NCBI GenBank assembly: GCA_038230375.1
Contig: JBBRNJ010000007.1
Coordinates: 64,001 to 128,000, forward strand
Source: Polyangiales bacterium
Lineage (GTDB): Bacteria > Myxococcota_A > Polyangia > Polyangiales > Polyangiaceae
Length of the DNA stretch: 64,000 bases
Direction: 5' to 3'
In this document: positions 19,582 through 29,388 of the stretch, piece by piece
Numbering within the stretch: the first letter of the stretch is position 1
How the letters are laid out: each line of letters starts with the position of its first letter
The notes under the pieces: model-generated
What the model was told of the DNA's origin: nothing
Database searches by the model: none
What the model saw: the letters and a program-made list of their open reading frames with translations, nothing else
Position numbers and translations under genes: made by a program

Positions 19582-20538
19582 TCAGATCGCCAGGTCTTTG
19601 AGCGTGACGCGGTTCCGGCCGCTCTTCTTCGACTCGTAGAGCGCGGCGTCGGACGCAGCGATGAGCTGCGCGGAGGTCTCGGCGGGGGTCTCGGGCAATG
19701 CGGCGACGCCCACGCTGATGGTGACGGGAAGGCGCTGACCTTCGTACTCGAAGATGGTGGACTCCACCGCCACGCGGATGCGCTCTCCGAGGATGCCCGC
19801 GTTCAGCAGCGGGATGCCACGGCAGATGACGGAGAACTCCTCACCGCCGTAGCGCGCAAACACGTCCTCGGTGCGGATGGTCTGCTGGGCGATCTTGGCG
19901 AGCTTCATGAGCACGGCGTCGCCGGCAAGGTGTCCGTAGTTGTCGTTCACCCGCTTGAAGTGATCGACGTCCATCATCAGGAGCGAGAGCATCATCCGGT
20001 GCCGGCGCGCGTACGCGAACTCGGTCTCGAAGCGCTCGATGAAGAATTTCTTGTTGTACGCCTTGGTGAGGCCGTCACGGAGGGCGGCGTCGTACATTTC
20101 CTGCTGGAAGCGCTCCTCCAGTTTGTCGTGGTACGTGAACTTGAGGATGGTGGTGGAGCCGAGGCGGATCTTGTCGCCATCCTTCAGCACGCGCTGGGTG
20201 ATGATGTCGTTGTTGACGACCGTACCGTTGGCGCTCTGCAGATCCTCGATGATCACCTGCGCGCCGACCGAGATGATGCGGGCGTGGCGACGAGAGATTC
20301 CGTCGTCATTCAGGCGGACGGTGCATGACACCGCGCGGCCGATGACCATCTCGCCGGCCTCGACCTTGTGCATCTCGCCCGTATTGGTGCCGGCCATGAC
20401 GACCACATACGCGGCGCGCTGGTTCGACGACCGCGCGCCCAGTTCCTTTTGGACCTGGGCGAGGTCGACGATGTTGGTCGCCTCTCCATCGTCGTCGATG
20501 AGACGCCCTCCTCTTTTGAAAGGGGGATCACTGGCCAT
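19582..20538 (-). CDS. FHA-domain diguanylate cyclase
   Basis: FHA domain (IGR...ISRRHA...DLQSANGT), then GGDEF domain (DVDHFKRVNDNYGHLAGD, RTED I-site, RYGGEEF). Confidence 0.93.
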   Translation of the reverse strand: MASDPPFKRGGRLIDDDGEATNIVDLAQVQKELGARSSNQRAAYVVVMAGTNTGEMHKVEAGEMVIGRAVSCTVRLNDDGISRRHARIISVGAQVIIEDLQSANGTVVNNDIITQRVLKDGDKIRLGSTTILKFTYHDKLEERFQQEMYDAALRDGLTKAYNKKFFIERFETEFAYARRHRMMLSLLMMDVDHFKRVNDNYGHLAGDAVLMKLAKIAQQTIRTEDVFARYGGEEFSVICRGIPLLNAGILGERIRVAVESTIFEYEGQRLPVTISVGVAALPETPAETSAQLIAASDAALYESKKSGRNRVTLKDLAI

Positions 20539-20624
20539 AGCTACGCCGATGAGAGTCGCAGAGCTTGATGCAATTGGTCAAGACCAGGCGCCATGGGGCG
20601 GCTTTTCGTGGACTACCCCCTTGC

Positions 20625-21518
20625 CTACAGCGGCGCCATCGGCCGCGGATCGGGCGGATCCAGGGGATCCACCTCCGCGTGCTCCGTCAACTCCATGCGA
20701 ATTTCGGCCAATTGATGAGGGTGGACGTCGGTCACGACCTGGCGCCACTCGGTTCCCGAAATCAGCTTGAGCTGGTGGCGTCCCACGGTTGCCGGATGAG
20801 CGAGGATCGGAGAGCGACCCAGGGGCTCCCCATCCAGCAGCACCGTATCGCAGGTGGGCGTGCAAATGACGGCCAGGCTGCCCATGTCCTCGAAGGCTGC
20901 GCCGCTTGCCCCCCGACCGACACGCACGGGTCGAGCGCCCGCCGCCACGCTCGGCCGGAAGTAGAAGGGCACTGTCGCATGCGTTGCGCCATCCGATGCG
21001 GGGAAGGTCCACGTCTTGGCGGTGCGTTCGGTACATCGTGCGAGGACGTCGGGACCGCGGGCGTGGGCGCGCGACACGCTGCCGTCCGCGGCGATGTCGA
21101 GGTCGAGCACGACTGCGACCGTCTCGCTGCCGGCACCGCACGCTGCGTTCAGTGCGGCCGCTTTGCTCGATGCGATATCTCCCACCTGCAGCGCCGAGAC
21201 GCCACGCGGCGACACGGTCACGATCTGGGTGCGCACGCTCGCGATGTCGCCGTGGAGCTCCGCGATGTCGGACGCCATGTCGAAGTTCGCGTCCTCTGCG
21301 TCGTCGTCGAGCCCGGAGACGATCAGGGACGAGAACGCGACACCGCCGAGCAAGCTGCCGACCACCGTCCCCATCATGAGAGGCCCGCGAACCTTCGACC
21401 ACACGAGCGAGCCCACCGAGCCCACCGACATGGGCCGCCGCGAATCCGCGAGCGCAGACTCCAGCTGATCAATGCGTGCGAGCGCCGCCTCGAGGTCGTG
21501 GCGAAAGGGGTGGCTCAT
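20625..21518 (-). CDS. Membrane protein with AgmX/PglI C-terminal (TonB-C-like) and PEGA-like domains
   Basis: TM segment. DIAADGSVS...CTERTAKTWTFP...VPFYF. C-terminal CTPTCDTVLLDGEPLGRSP...GRHQLKL. Confidence 0.65.
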   Translation of the reverse strand: MSHPFRHDLEAALARIDQLESALADSRRPMSVGSVGSLVWSKVRGPLMMGTVVGSLLGGVAFSSLIVSGLDDDAEDANFDMASDIAELHGDIASVRTQIVTVSPRGVSALQVGDIASSKAAALNAACGAGSETVAVVLDLDIAADGSVSRAHARGPDVLARCTERTAKTWTFPASDGATHATVPFYFRPSVAAGARPVRVGRGASGAAFEDMGSLAVICTPTCDTVLLDGEPLGRSPILAHPATVGRHQLKLISGTEWRQVVTDVHPHQLAEIRMELTEHAEVDPLDPPDPRPMAPL

Positions 21519-21569
21519 CTACTTAATGAAGCATGCCCCAGGCGCGACGCAAGGTGCTGCGCGTTGCTC

Positions 21570-23831
21570 CTACAGCTCGACCTTGCCGCCGCAGGGAATG
21601 TCGACGGTCTTGGGGACGCCCGCGGAGCCGATCTGAACCTGATGCGAACCACACGGCGCTTGCAGCTCGCCCGGTCCTTCGCCGATCGACTTTCCGTCGA
21701 CGAAGACGCGGCGACCGTGAGATTGCGGCGGAGCCACGACGAGGCCGGAACGGGTGGGGTGGGTGGTGGGGGAGGCCGTGGGGGAGGGGGAGGGCGAGGG
21801 TGAGGGCGAGGGGGCGGTCGAGGGGGAGGGGGAGGTCGAGGGTGAGGTCGAGGGTGAGGTCGAGGGTGAGGGAGCCGTCGAGGTCGGCGTCGTTGTCGAG
21901 GTCGGCGTCGTTGTCGTTGTCGAGGTCGAGGTCGAAGGCGTCGTCGTCGTCGTCGCTCCCGTTGGTGGCGTTGCTGCTGTCCTCGGCGCCGTTGTCATCT
22001 GGGATGGCGTCGTCACCGTCGGCGTCGGAGCCACCGGGTTGTCATCGGTCACTCCGCCCAGCGCGATCAAGCCCGCGACTGCACCGACGACCAGTCCGAG
22101 CACCACTGCTGGGGCCACGATCGAGCGCGGCTTCTTCTTCACGCTGATCGCGCCTTGCGACGACGGCGGTGCTGTGGCGCCTTCGGTCAACCATGTGCCC
22201 GACTCCGGGCGCTTGGGGCCTGGGTGCGACGGGAGGGATGGCTCGGAGGGCTCGGAAGGCGACGACTGCGCGGCGGTCGGCAGCTCTGGCGACGACACAG
22301 GATGCTCCGCTGGAATCGCGCCCTTGGAGTCAGCGTAGATCGGCGGCGAACCTGGCTTCGGTGGCGCTGGCTTCGGCGGCGTCGGCTTCGCGGGTGCGGC
22401 CTTTGCGGCCATCGGCGGCGCGAGCGCGACGGCGCCCGAGGGCGTGCGATCCGGCACCGGCGTGGGCACCCTCGGGGGAAGCGGCGGCGGCGGGCGCGGC
22501 GGCTGTCCCTTCGCGATGCGGAGAGGCTTCTCCTCCTCGATGGAGTCCGGATCGAGCTTGCGCGCTCGGCGCATCATCTCCTCAGCCTGGTCCTTGTTTC
22601 CGTCTCGCGACGCAAGGTGGGAGAGCACGTAGTAAGCGAAGCCGAAGTCGGGGTTCTCCTTCAGCGCGCGCCGCGCGATGGCACGCAGCGCTGTCATGCG
22701 CTCGGCTTGATTCTCGGGAAGCTCGCGGAAGCTTGCCCACGCCGCGTAGAGGCGGTACTCCACGGCGGCGGGCTCGAGATCGACCGAGCGCTTGAACGCA
22801 ATGACCGCGTCGCCGACCCTGTTCTCGCGCAGCAGCTTACGCCCGCGTCGGTAGTGTTGCTCCGCAACGAGCACTGCCGCGTCGGCCGTGGGCAGAGAGA
22901 TCCGCGCGGAGCTCACCGACTGCGGCGCGAGCTCGGTTGCGCCGGTCTGCGTGCGCGTCCGTAGCCGCTGCGCTGCGCGCTTGATGCGCGAGCGTTCCGA
23001 GCTCGAGAGCTTCTGGTACGAAGAGCGCAGCGCGGACCTGCGACGCCCGCGCTTCGTCGATGGTGGTGCGTCATCACGACGGCGCCGCGAGATGGGCGTC
23101 CCTTGTGGGATCCACTCCTTCTCCTCTTGCGTGGGCTCCACGAAGCGGATGTGGCCGGTGAGGCTCAGCACGCAGAGCAGGAGCTCCGGGTCGACGGAGT
23201 CCGGCACCTCGGCCCGCAGCAGCGCGTCCGTCGCGACCGTGCCGTCGATCGAGCGCACGAACCTGGTCTCGGGCGTCTTCAGGCGAAGCAACGCGGTCAG
23301 CTTCGTCGCGTCGGTCAAGAGCTCCACCTTGCTGTGATCATGCTCGCCCAGCAGCGCGAGCTTCTGCTCGTGGTCAATGAGCCGCATCGCCCGCAGCAAC
23401 AGTGGCTCGAGCTGGATCGGGAAGGCGCGTAGCTCGCCGAGCGACTCCTTCGCCGTGAACGTGAACGTCACGTCCTCCCACTTGAGGCAGTTCTGCACCT
23501 TGTGCTGGACCTGCGCGGCGAGCGCGGCGTCGACCTGGGTCGGCTGCAAGATGCCGAGCTCCACGACCACCTCGCCGAACCTCGCCGGCTTGCCATCCTG
23601 TCTGGCTCTTGCCATCGCCTCGAGCACGCGCTCGTACGAGGCCTCGTTGATCACCTTCTCGCGGATCAGGATGCGACCTAGCGTCTCTCCGACTGTGCCC
23701 TGATCTGCCCAGACCACGACGCCATCAATGAGGTAGAGGCGGGTCTTCGAGTCCTCCGTGCGAACCTCCAGGATCCCTGTCCGTTTGCCGACGACCTCGG
23801 CCAGGAGCGCGCGGATGAACCCTAGGTGCAC
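21570..23831 (-). CDS. DUF4388-like N-terminus, TPR, Pro-rich linker, TM and PEGA-like protein
   Basis: KRTGILEV...LYLIDGVVVWA..ETLGRIL..RFGEVVVELG. TPR-like helices, TM, T/S/P linker and VFVDGKSIG...CGSHQVQIG. Confidence 0.75.
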   Translation of the reverse strand: MHLGFIRALLAEVVGKRTGILEVRTEDSKTRLYLIDGVVVWADQGTVGETLGRILIREKVINEASYERVLEAMARARQDGKPARFGEVVVELGILQPTQVDAALAAQVQHKVQNCLKWEDVTFTFTAKESLGELRAFPIQLEPLLLRAMRLIDHEQKLALLGEHDHSKVELLTDATKLTALLRLKTPETRFVRSIDGTVATDALLRAEVPDSVDPELLLCVLSLTGHIRFVEPTQEEKEWIPQGTPISRRRRDDAPPSTKRGRRRSALRSSYQKLSSSERSRIKRAAQRLRTRTQTGATELAPQSVSSARISLPTADAAVLVAEQHYRRGRKLLRENRVGDAVIAFKRSVDLEPAAVEYRLYAAWASFRELPENQAERMTALRAIARRALKENPDFGFAYYVLSHLASRDGNKDQAEEMMRRARKLDPDSIEEEKPLRIAKGQPPRPPPPLPPRVPTPVPDRTPSGAVALAPPMAAKAAPAKPTPPKPAPPKPGSPPIYADSKGAIPAEHPVSSPELPTAAQSSPSEPSEPSLPSHPGPKRPESGTWLTEGATAPPSSQGAISVKKKPRSIVAPAVVLGLVVGAVAGLIALGGVTDDNPVAPTPTVTTPSQMTTAPRTAATPPTGATTTTTPSTSTSTTTTTPTSTTTPTSTAPSPSTSPSTSPSTSPSPSTAPSPSPSPSPSPTASPTTHPTRSGLVVAPPQSHGRRVFVDGKSIGEGPGELQAPCGSHQVQIGSAGVPKTVDIPCGGKVEL
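21780..21952 (-). repeat. Coding low-complexity hexamer tract (TCGACC/TCACCC/TCCCCC) encoding a Thr-Ser-Pro linker
   Basis: GAGGGTGAGGTC-type repeats visible on the + strand. Confidence 0.8.
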
Positions 23832-23917
23832 AAAACCAAGTCTACGGAAGAACTGTGGCGAACCGGAAGAAAGGAGGTGGGGTCAAAACGTTGACGCACT
23901 TATCGAAGCGCGATCGG

Positions 23918-24400
23918 TCACACCAGATGGATCATCCCGCGGTCGACCAGGTCGCAGAGCGCATACACCGCGTCCTGCGGAGGCATCCCGGATTGTGCGA
24001 TGACCAGCTCGATCGACGAGAACCCGTCGATGAGCGAGAGGATGAAGCGCGAGCGAATGTCCATGTGCCCGCGGCGACCGTCATCTTGCGTGAGCAGGAC
24101 CACGGGGATTTCAGCCGGATCCAGCAGCCCGGCCTCGACCGAGCCCACCGCGCGGCGCTCGTAGCGGGCGACGAACTCGTGAATTCGGACGGCGCGCTCG
24201 GCGTCCATGGGCTGCCCGACGATGACGCGCTCCGGGATCTCGTGACGACCGATCGTGCCGGACGCTCGGTGGAGCGTGGGCGCCCGGTTCGTCGGGAGCT
24301 GGCTCGGCCGCGCGTACGCATCGACGGCGGCGTTTCCGTCGACCATGTGCGCGGTTTCGTTCTGGGCGGGGAGCGTCGGAGTCTCGCGGCGGGTCTGCAT
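23918..24400 (-). CDS. Hypothetical protein with C-terminal winged-helix-like segment
   Basis: C-terminal RFILSLIDGFSSIELVIAQSGMPPQDAVYALCDLVDRGMI, a pattern common in myxobacterial proteins. Start uncertain. Confidence 0.6.
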   Translation of the reverse strand: MQTRRETPTLPAQNETAHMVDGNAAVDAYARPSQLPTNRAPTLHRASGTIGRHEIPERVIVGQPMDAERAVRIHEFVARYERRAVGSVEAGLLDPAEIPVVLLTQDDGRRGHMDIRSRFILSLIDGFSSIELVIAQSGMPPQDAVYALCDLVDRGMIHLV

Positions 24401-24524
24401 GGTGACGTGAGGTTTTGCAAAGCCGGTGCCGCGCCGCTTTTCGCAGGAAATCAGCCTGAACTCCGCGTGCCGTCTGCATACGCACTTGTGCACCCGTCAG
24501 GCGGATGGCGTTCGCGCTGATTCA

Positions 24525-24540
24525 TTGACGGAACCGTCAA
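24525..24540. promoter_or_regulatory. Perfect palindrome TTGACGG-AA-CCGTCAA (candidate operator overlapping a -35 box)
   Basis: Directly visible, 21 bp upstream of the small ORF at 24562. Confidence 0.55.
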
Positions 24541-24561
24541 GGAGCCCGACTCTCTCAGGCC

Positions 24562-24732
24562 ATGCCCCTCGAAATCCCCGCTCTCGACGCAGCCCTCGAC
24601 GAGTGGCTCCGCGGCCTCTCTCCTGCCGCAAAGAAGGAGCTCGCGGCCCTGGTGCATGCATCCGGTGGTGATGCGAGCGCGCTCGATCACATCGGCGTCA
24701 CGAAACCGACGCCACCTGGACCGCACGGATGA
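24562..24732 (+). CDS. 56-aa small protein, candidate antitoxin/partner
   Basis: Manual translation MPLEIPALDAALDEWLRGLSPAAKKELAALVHASGG...PHG*. ATGA overlap with the next gene. Confidence 0.55.
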   Translation: MPLEIPALDAALDEWLRGLSPAAKKELAALVHASGGDASALDHIGVTKPTPPGPHG

Positions 24733-25103
24733 TCCTGGAGGAAGAGACGCTGACGGCCCTCGCGGAGCGGATGAGCGCACGCTTCGGTGTGTCGGGCGTG
24801 GTGCGCCAAGCTGCGCTGCGTGCGAGCGTGCGCGAGGCCGAGCATCTGGCGGAGGACGTGTTCGAGGCGCCGGCTGCGCTCGTCTATGCGCTCGCCCGCA
24901 ATCGGTCCGTGTTCGCAGCGTTCGCACCCATGGTCGTCGCCGCCGCGTTCCTGCAGGCGCGCGCGTCGGGCCTCACGCTGTCTGCGCTACCCAAGGCCAT
25001 CGCGGACATGGCCGACGCCGTCACAGCATCCGACATGAGCTACGAGGACGTGCGCGCATTCTTCGCATCCGAGACCTTCCCGCTCGGCCGCGTCGACAGC
25101 TGA
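24729..25103 (+). CDS. Doc/Fic-fold-like protein with degenerate catalytic motif
   Basis: Size and pattern match Doc (ARFG..GVVR..ALRAS; DVFEAPAALVYALARN; SGLTLSA; AVTASDMSYEDVRAFF). HPFxDGNKR is replaced by RSVFAAFAP. Confidence 0.55.
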   Translation: MILEEETLTALAERMSARFGVSGVVRQAALRASVREAEHLAEDVFEAPAALVYALARNRSVFAAFAPMVVAAAFLQARASGLTLSALPKAIADMADAVTASDMSYEDVRAFFASETFPLGRVDS

Positions 25104-25107
25104 GCGC

Positions 25108-27048
25108 TCACGGGCAGGTCGTGTTGGCCTGTGCGGCGCCCATGGATGGTGCGGCGTCGCGCTGCTTTCCGAAGAGGTCCGTCGTGAACCCAGCGTCGGT
25201 GAGATCGCGTCCGCCAGCGGATACCTCGCAGGGCGCCGTGGGACCAAGAACCCACCCGCCGGCGAGGAGCGTGGCGGTGCCATTGTCGGTGTTGGACCAC
25301 GCACCGAACACACTGTCGACGCAACCAGGGCTGCCGTCGAGGTTCATGCCGCCGTCCGCGACGCCAGTGGTGATGCCGAAGAACGGGCACTCGCTCTGCA
25401 CGACGCAGCGGCCCGCGTCGTCCGTCTTGCCGCATGTGTCCACGGAGCGCAACGTGATGTTGCCGTCGAGCGACCTGGCGCCCATGCGTGAGAGCTGCGA
25501 CATGTCCTGCAGGTTGCGAGGCCCGCCCGCGTCGCAGGTCAGATAAGCAAGGCCCGTCTGCTGCGCGAGGAAGGCGTTGTTCTCGAACGCCTCGATCCCG
25601 TTCGAGCAGTTCTCCAGAAAGACACCGAAGTCATTCACGCCGCTGCCGGCGAAGATGTTGTTCTGGACGACGGCGTCCGTGGTGGGGGTACCATCGAGCG
25701 CCCCCGACACGGCGATGTCGTACGCGCGGCCGCCAGCACCGGGGGAGAAGCCGGAGAAGACGGTGTTGTAGACCACGACGGGGTGATTGGTACCGGCGAG
25801 CACGATGCCGAATGCGTTCAGGTCGGAGCCCGTGGGCAAGGGCTTGTAGTAGCCGCCGTAGACCATGTTGCTGGCGACGACGACATTCTTCCCACCGAGC
25901 ACGGAGATGCCGACCATCGGACCCACGCCGGCATTCGAGCCGCCTGCATAGACGCGGTTGTAGAGCACCTGGACGTTGCTCGAGCTCTCCACGCGAATGC
26001 CATACATCAGGCCGAGCCCTGCGTTCTTCGCGCCCGTGGGAAGTGACTGCGCGCGGTTTCGCCTGATGAGGCCCTTGGTCGCGCCCGAGATCCTGATCGC
26101 CTCGGAAACGAGCCCGTTACCCGCGATCACCGCGTTGTCCTCGATCCTGTTGGAGTCCACGTTCGCGCCGGTGCTGGTCACCTCTATGCCGAACGATCCC
26201 ACGCCCCCGGCGAGCGCGTCCTTGCTCGTGATGGTGTTGCCACGGATCCACGGGGAAGAGTTGCTGGTCTTCACGAAGACGCCGGCGGTCGTTGCCGCGA
26301 CACCGCTCTGGATCACGTTGTTCGAGATCGTGGGCGATGCGTTGACGACGAACACGCCGTACGAGGTGCTCGCAGCTCCGGTCGGGTCCCCGCTGGAGAG
26401 CCGGCAGTTCGATATCGTTCCCGTCGCGTTCTGGTTCACCTGCACGGCGTACGAATCTGACACGTTGCTCGGGCCGATGATCGAGAAGCCATCCACGAGC
26501 AGGCTTGCGGGGCCGCCGTCGGGCACGTCCGCGTCGGCGACGCCAGCATCGATGGTCGCGGGACCGATGGTGAGCGGAACGAAGTGGGTCGAGTCGGGCA
26601 TCGCGACGGTGATGATGGACTCGTTGGCCTGGTCGGTCGCGTACGACCCGGTGCGCGTCCAGAGCTTGCAGTTGTAGCCGCCCATGAGATTGCCGCGCGA
26701 CTGCATCCTGAGGTTCGATTCGGGGTACGCGCCCGCGCACACCTCCACCGTGTAGCCGGTGAGGCCTTCGCTCTCGAACGCGGAGATGGCGGCCTTGATC
26801 GTCTTCAGAGGCGCGTCCTGCGTGCAGCCGGTGTGGCCGTCGTCGCCGCTGGCCGCGGAGACGTAGCGGGTCATGCAGCCGCTCGCGTCGAAGGTGCCGC
26901 CGTCGTCCGCGCCGTTCGGAGGAGGCTCCAGGCCGAGGAGCGCGCTGCACGCAAGCGTGGCACACGAGAGCGCGAGCACGGCGCCGGCGACGAGGAGTGC
27001 GCGCTTGCGGAGGACGCGCGCGTCGCCTGTTCTTCCGGCAGCGCTCAT
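25108..27048 (-). CDS. Lipoprotein with right-handed parallel beta-helix (pectin lyase-like) repeats
   Basis: TLAC lipobox. YVSAASGDD..GCTQDAPLKTI motif, repeated I.NN.I / GI.V beta-helix turns and C-terminal DLFGKQR...SMGA. Confidence 0.78.
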   Translation of the reverse strand: MSAAGRTGDARVLRKRALLVAGAVLALSCATLACSALLGLEPPPNGADDGGTFDASGCMTRYVSAASGDDGHTGCTQDAPLKTIKAAISAFESEGLTGYTVEVCAGAYPESNLRMQSRGNLMGGYNCKLWTRTGSYATDQANESIITVAMPDSTHFVPLTIGPATIDAGVADADVPDGGPASLLVDGFSIIGPSNVSDSYAVQVNQNATGTISNCRLSSGDPTGAASTSYGVFVVNASPTISNNVIQSGVAATTAGVFVKTSNSSPWIRGNTITSKDALAGGVGSFGIEVTSTGANVDSNRIEDNAVIAGNGLVSEAIRISGATKGLIRRNRAQSLPTGAKNAGLGLMYGIRVESSSNVQVLYNRVYAGGSNAGVGPMVGISVLGGKNVVVASNMVYGGYYKPLPTGSDLNAFGIVLAGTNHPVVVYNTVFSGFSPGAGGRAYDIAVSGALDGTPTTDAVVQNNIFAGSGVNDFGVFLENCSNGIEAFENNAFLAQQTGLAYLTCDAGGPRNLQDMSQLSRMGARSLDGNITLRSVDTCGKTDDAGRCVVQSECPFFGITTGVADGGMNLDGSPGCVDSVFGAWSNTDNGTATLLAGGWVLGPTAPCEVSAGGRDLTDAGFTTDLFGKQRDAAPSMGAAQANTTCP

Positions 27049-27049
27049 C

Positions 27050-27949
27050 TCAGAACTCGCCCCGCAGCACGAAGCCGCGATTCCGCGGGTCGAACGACGG
27101 CGCGAGCTCGAGCTTTCCCGTGGTGGTGGTGGCGCCGGCGTCCTTGGGCTTCGCCAGGAAGAAGATCACCGCGGCCCCCGCGACGAGCGCGCCGCCGGCG
27201 ATGAAGGAGACCGTGGAGATCGTCGCGTCGCGCTTGGCGCTGTCGTACTCGGTCTGCGCACGTCCTGGATTCGGGCAAGAGGACGCGCGGGGGCAGTCGG
27301 TCTTCTCGCTCGATTGGTCGGCCATGGCGAGCAGTCCAAACGTGGCGCCCAGGCCCACGCCCACCACGCCGACACCCGCGATGATCGCGCCCGCGTACTT
27401 TTGTGTGCTCCAGGCAGTGGAGGGCACGGGCGTTGGCGGCGGCTTGTCCACCGGCGGCGGCGGCGGCGCGGGGCCTACGCGAACCGACTCCTGCCGGTTC
27501 TTCTCGCCCTCGTGGATGACGAGCGTGCGCTCCACGGGGGTCTGCCCCTGCGCAGTGAAAACGAACGTGTGAGAGCCAGGGTCCAGCGCAATGGGCCTTC
27601 CGTCCAGCGATGGGAGCAGCGGCGCGCCGTCCATGGTGACGGTGACGTCGGTCACGTCCTCGCCCATGCCGTTCTTCGCGCCGAACACCAGGGAGGGCAT
27701 GGCCTCGTTGACCTTGGCGATCCGCTTCACGCAGGCGTCCCTCACGTCGGACGGGCACGCAGGATCCGTGCATTCTGCAAGTATTTTCAGGGCGTCCCGG
27801 AGCTTGCCGTCGCGTCGCAGCGCGATCGACTGCTCGTTCGCATCGATGCACGTCGCGTCGTCTGCGCGCGCGATGCCGGGCGCTGCAAGCATGGGCAAGA
27901 GGACGGCCTGCATGGCGAGAATCGCCACGGCCATGCGCAGCGCAGTCAT
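27050..27949 (-). CDS. Exported helical/PEGA-like protein with C-terminal TM hairpin (kinase-associated)
   Basis: Signal peptide, CIDANE..C..CP.DV..AC, VTMDG..LDPGSHTF, TM hairpin and terminal LRGEF. ATGA overlap with the kinase. Confidence 0.75.
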   Translation of the reverse strand: MTALRMAVAILAMQAVLLPMLAAPGIARADDATCIDANEQSIALRRDGKLRDALKILAECTDPACPSDVRDACVKRIAKVNEAMPSLVFGAKNGMGEDVTDVTVTMDGAPLLPSLDGRPIALDPGSHTFVFTAQGQTPVERTLVIHEGEKNRQESVRVGPAPPPPPVDKPPPTPVPSTAWSTQKYAGAIIAGVGVVGVGLGATFGLLAMADQSSEKTDCPRASSCPNPGRAQTEYDSAKRDATISTVSFIAGGALVAGAAVIFFLAKPKDAGATTTTGKLELAPSFDPRNRGFVLRGEF

Positions 27950-29367
27950 GGGCACTCCAGCTTGAAGTGCTCTTCGCCGCGGTCGTCGTAGAAGCTCACA
28001 CGCCTGCATTTCGGCGCGGAGCCGGCCGGGGCCACCGAGCTGGCGGGTGCTGCCTGGTGCGGGCGACCTGTACGTGCGGTGAGGGCCTGGCCGGGCGCGA
28101 TCCCGGCGTCCGCCGCCGCCTGCGGAGGATCGATGACCGCCGCGCTCGGGGTCGCGCTTGCGCTCGGTGTCGCGTTCGCGCTCGGTGTCGCGCTCCCAAG
28201 ACTGGGCGCGTCCAGTGTCGAGCGTGCTGACACGGACCCCAGCGCTCCCGCGTTTGCGTGGCGAGCCTTCCACGCGAGCACGCCGCCGCCGCTCACGAGC
28301 CCGAGGACCACGACGGCTGCAAGCGCGAACAGCGGGGCGTTCGAGCGCATGGGAACAGCGCCGCCGCTCGTGGGAGAGAACGTCCCAGGGCCGTGGCTCT
28401 TCACGGAGCCCATGGCGGGCGGCACCGAATAGACCGTGGCGGCAGTGTCGCGCAACACGCCAAGGATGTGTTCCACCGACCGCGCCGCGTACGGCGGGCC
28501 GAACGGCGCAAGCGCGGTGGCCAGCTGTCCCACGTTCACGAAGCGATCCGTGCGCTCTTTTGCGAGACAGCGGTCCACGACCTCGGACAGGCCCGGCGGG
28601 ATGTCCAGGCGTAGGCTGCGCGCGGGCACGTGTGGCTTCGCGAGGACCACTGCCACGAGCTCCGGCATTGTCTCCGCTTCGAAGGGACGCCGCCCGGTGA
28701 GCATCTCGTAGAGGACCACGCCCATGGCCCAGATGTCCGTCGTGAGGTCGACCGTGTCGGACGACATCATCTGCTCCGGCGACATGTAGCCCGGAGATCC
28801 GATGAGCGCGCCGCTCCCCGTGAGCGCGGGCCGCGTCGCGGTGGTCTCGATCTTCGAGATGCCGAAATCGAGCACCTTCACGATCGCCCGACCGCTGGGG
28901 CGCCGGGCGAGGAAGAGGTTCCCGGGCTTCAGATCGCGGTGCACGATGCCGAGCAGGTGCGCCTCCGCCATGGCCTCCAGGGCCTGCAGCGTGAAGCCGA
29001 CCGCGTCTTCGACTGGCAACGCGCCGCGCGCCTTGAGCACGGCCGCCAGGTCCTCGCCCTCGAGGTACTCCATCAGCATGTACGGCGCGCCGTTCGGCAG
29101 CACGCCCACGTCCATCACGCGCGCCACGTGCTCCGAATGGATCTTCACCGCGGCCTGCGCCTCGCGCGTGAAGCGCTCCACCAGGGCGGGCTCCTTGGCC
29201 ACGCTGGGCAAGAGGAACTTCATCGCGAAGCGCTGCTGCAGCGCCAGGTGCGTCACCGCGACAACGATGCCCATGCCGCCCTCACCAAGGACCCGGTCGA
29301 CGCGATACTTGTCGGCGATGACCTCGCCCTCGCGAACGGGGGAGGTGGTGATGGCGTCGAGAGTCAC
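27946..29367 (-). CDS. Membrane Ser/Thr protein kinase
   Basis: GEGGMG, FAMK, HRDLKPGN, DFG and GSPGYMSPE. TM segment and C-terminal C...C motif. Confidence 0.93.
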   Translation of the reverse strand: MTLDAITTSPVREGEVIADKYRVDRVLGEGGMGIVVAVTHLALQQRFAMKFLLPSVAKEPALVERFTREAQAAVKIHSEHVARVMDVGVLPNGAPYMLMEYLEGEDLAAVLKARGALPVEDAVGFTLQALEAMAEAHLLGIVHRDLKPGNLFLARRPSGRAIVKVLDFGISKIETTATRPALTGSGALIGSPGYMSPEQMMSSDTVDLTTDIWAMGVVLYEMLTGRRPFEAETMPELVAVVLAKPHVPARSLRLDIPPGLSEVVDRCLAKERTDRFVNVGQLATALAPFGPPYAARSVEHILGVLRDTAATVYSVPPAMGSVKSHGPGTFSPTSGGAVPMRSNAPLFALAAVVVLGLVSGGGVLAWKARHANAGALGSVSARSTLDAPSLGSATPSANATPSASATPSAAVIDPPQAAADAGIAPGQALTARTGRPHQAAPASSVAPAGSAPKCRRVSFYDDRGEEHFKLECP

Positions 29368-29388
29368 GAGAAAATCCTGCTCGGAAGG

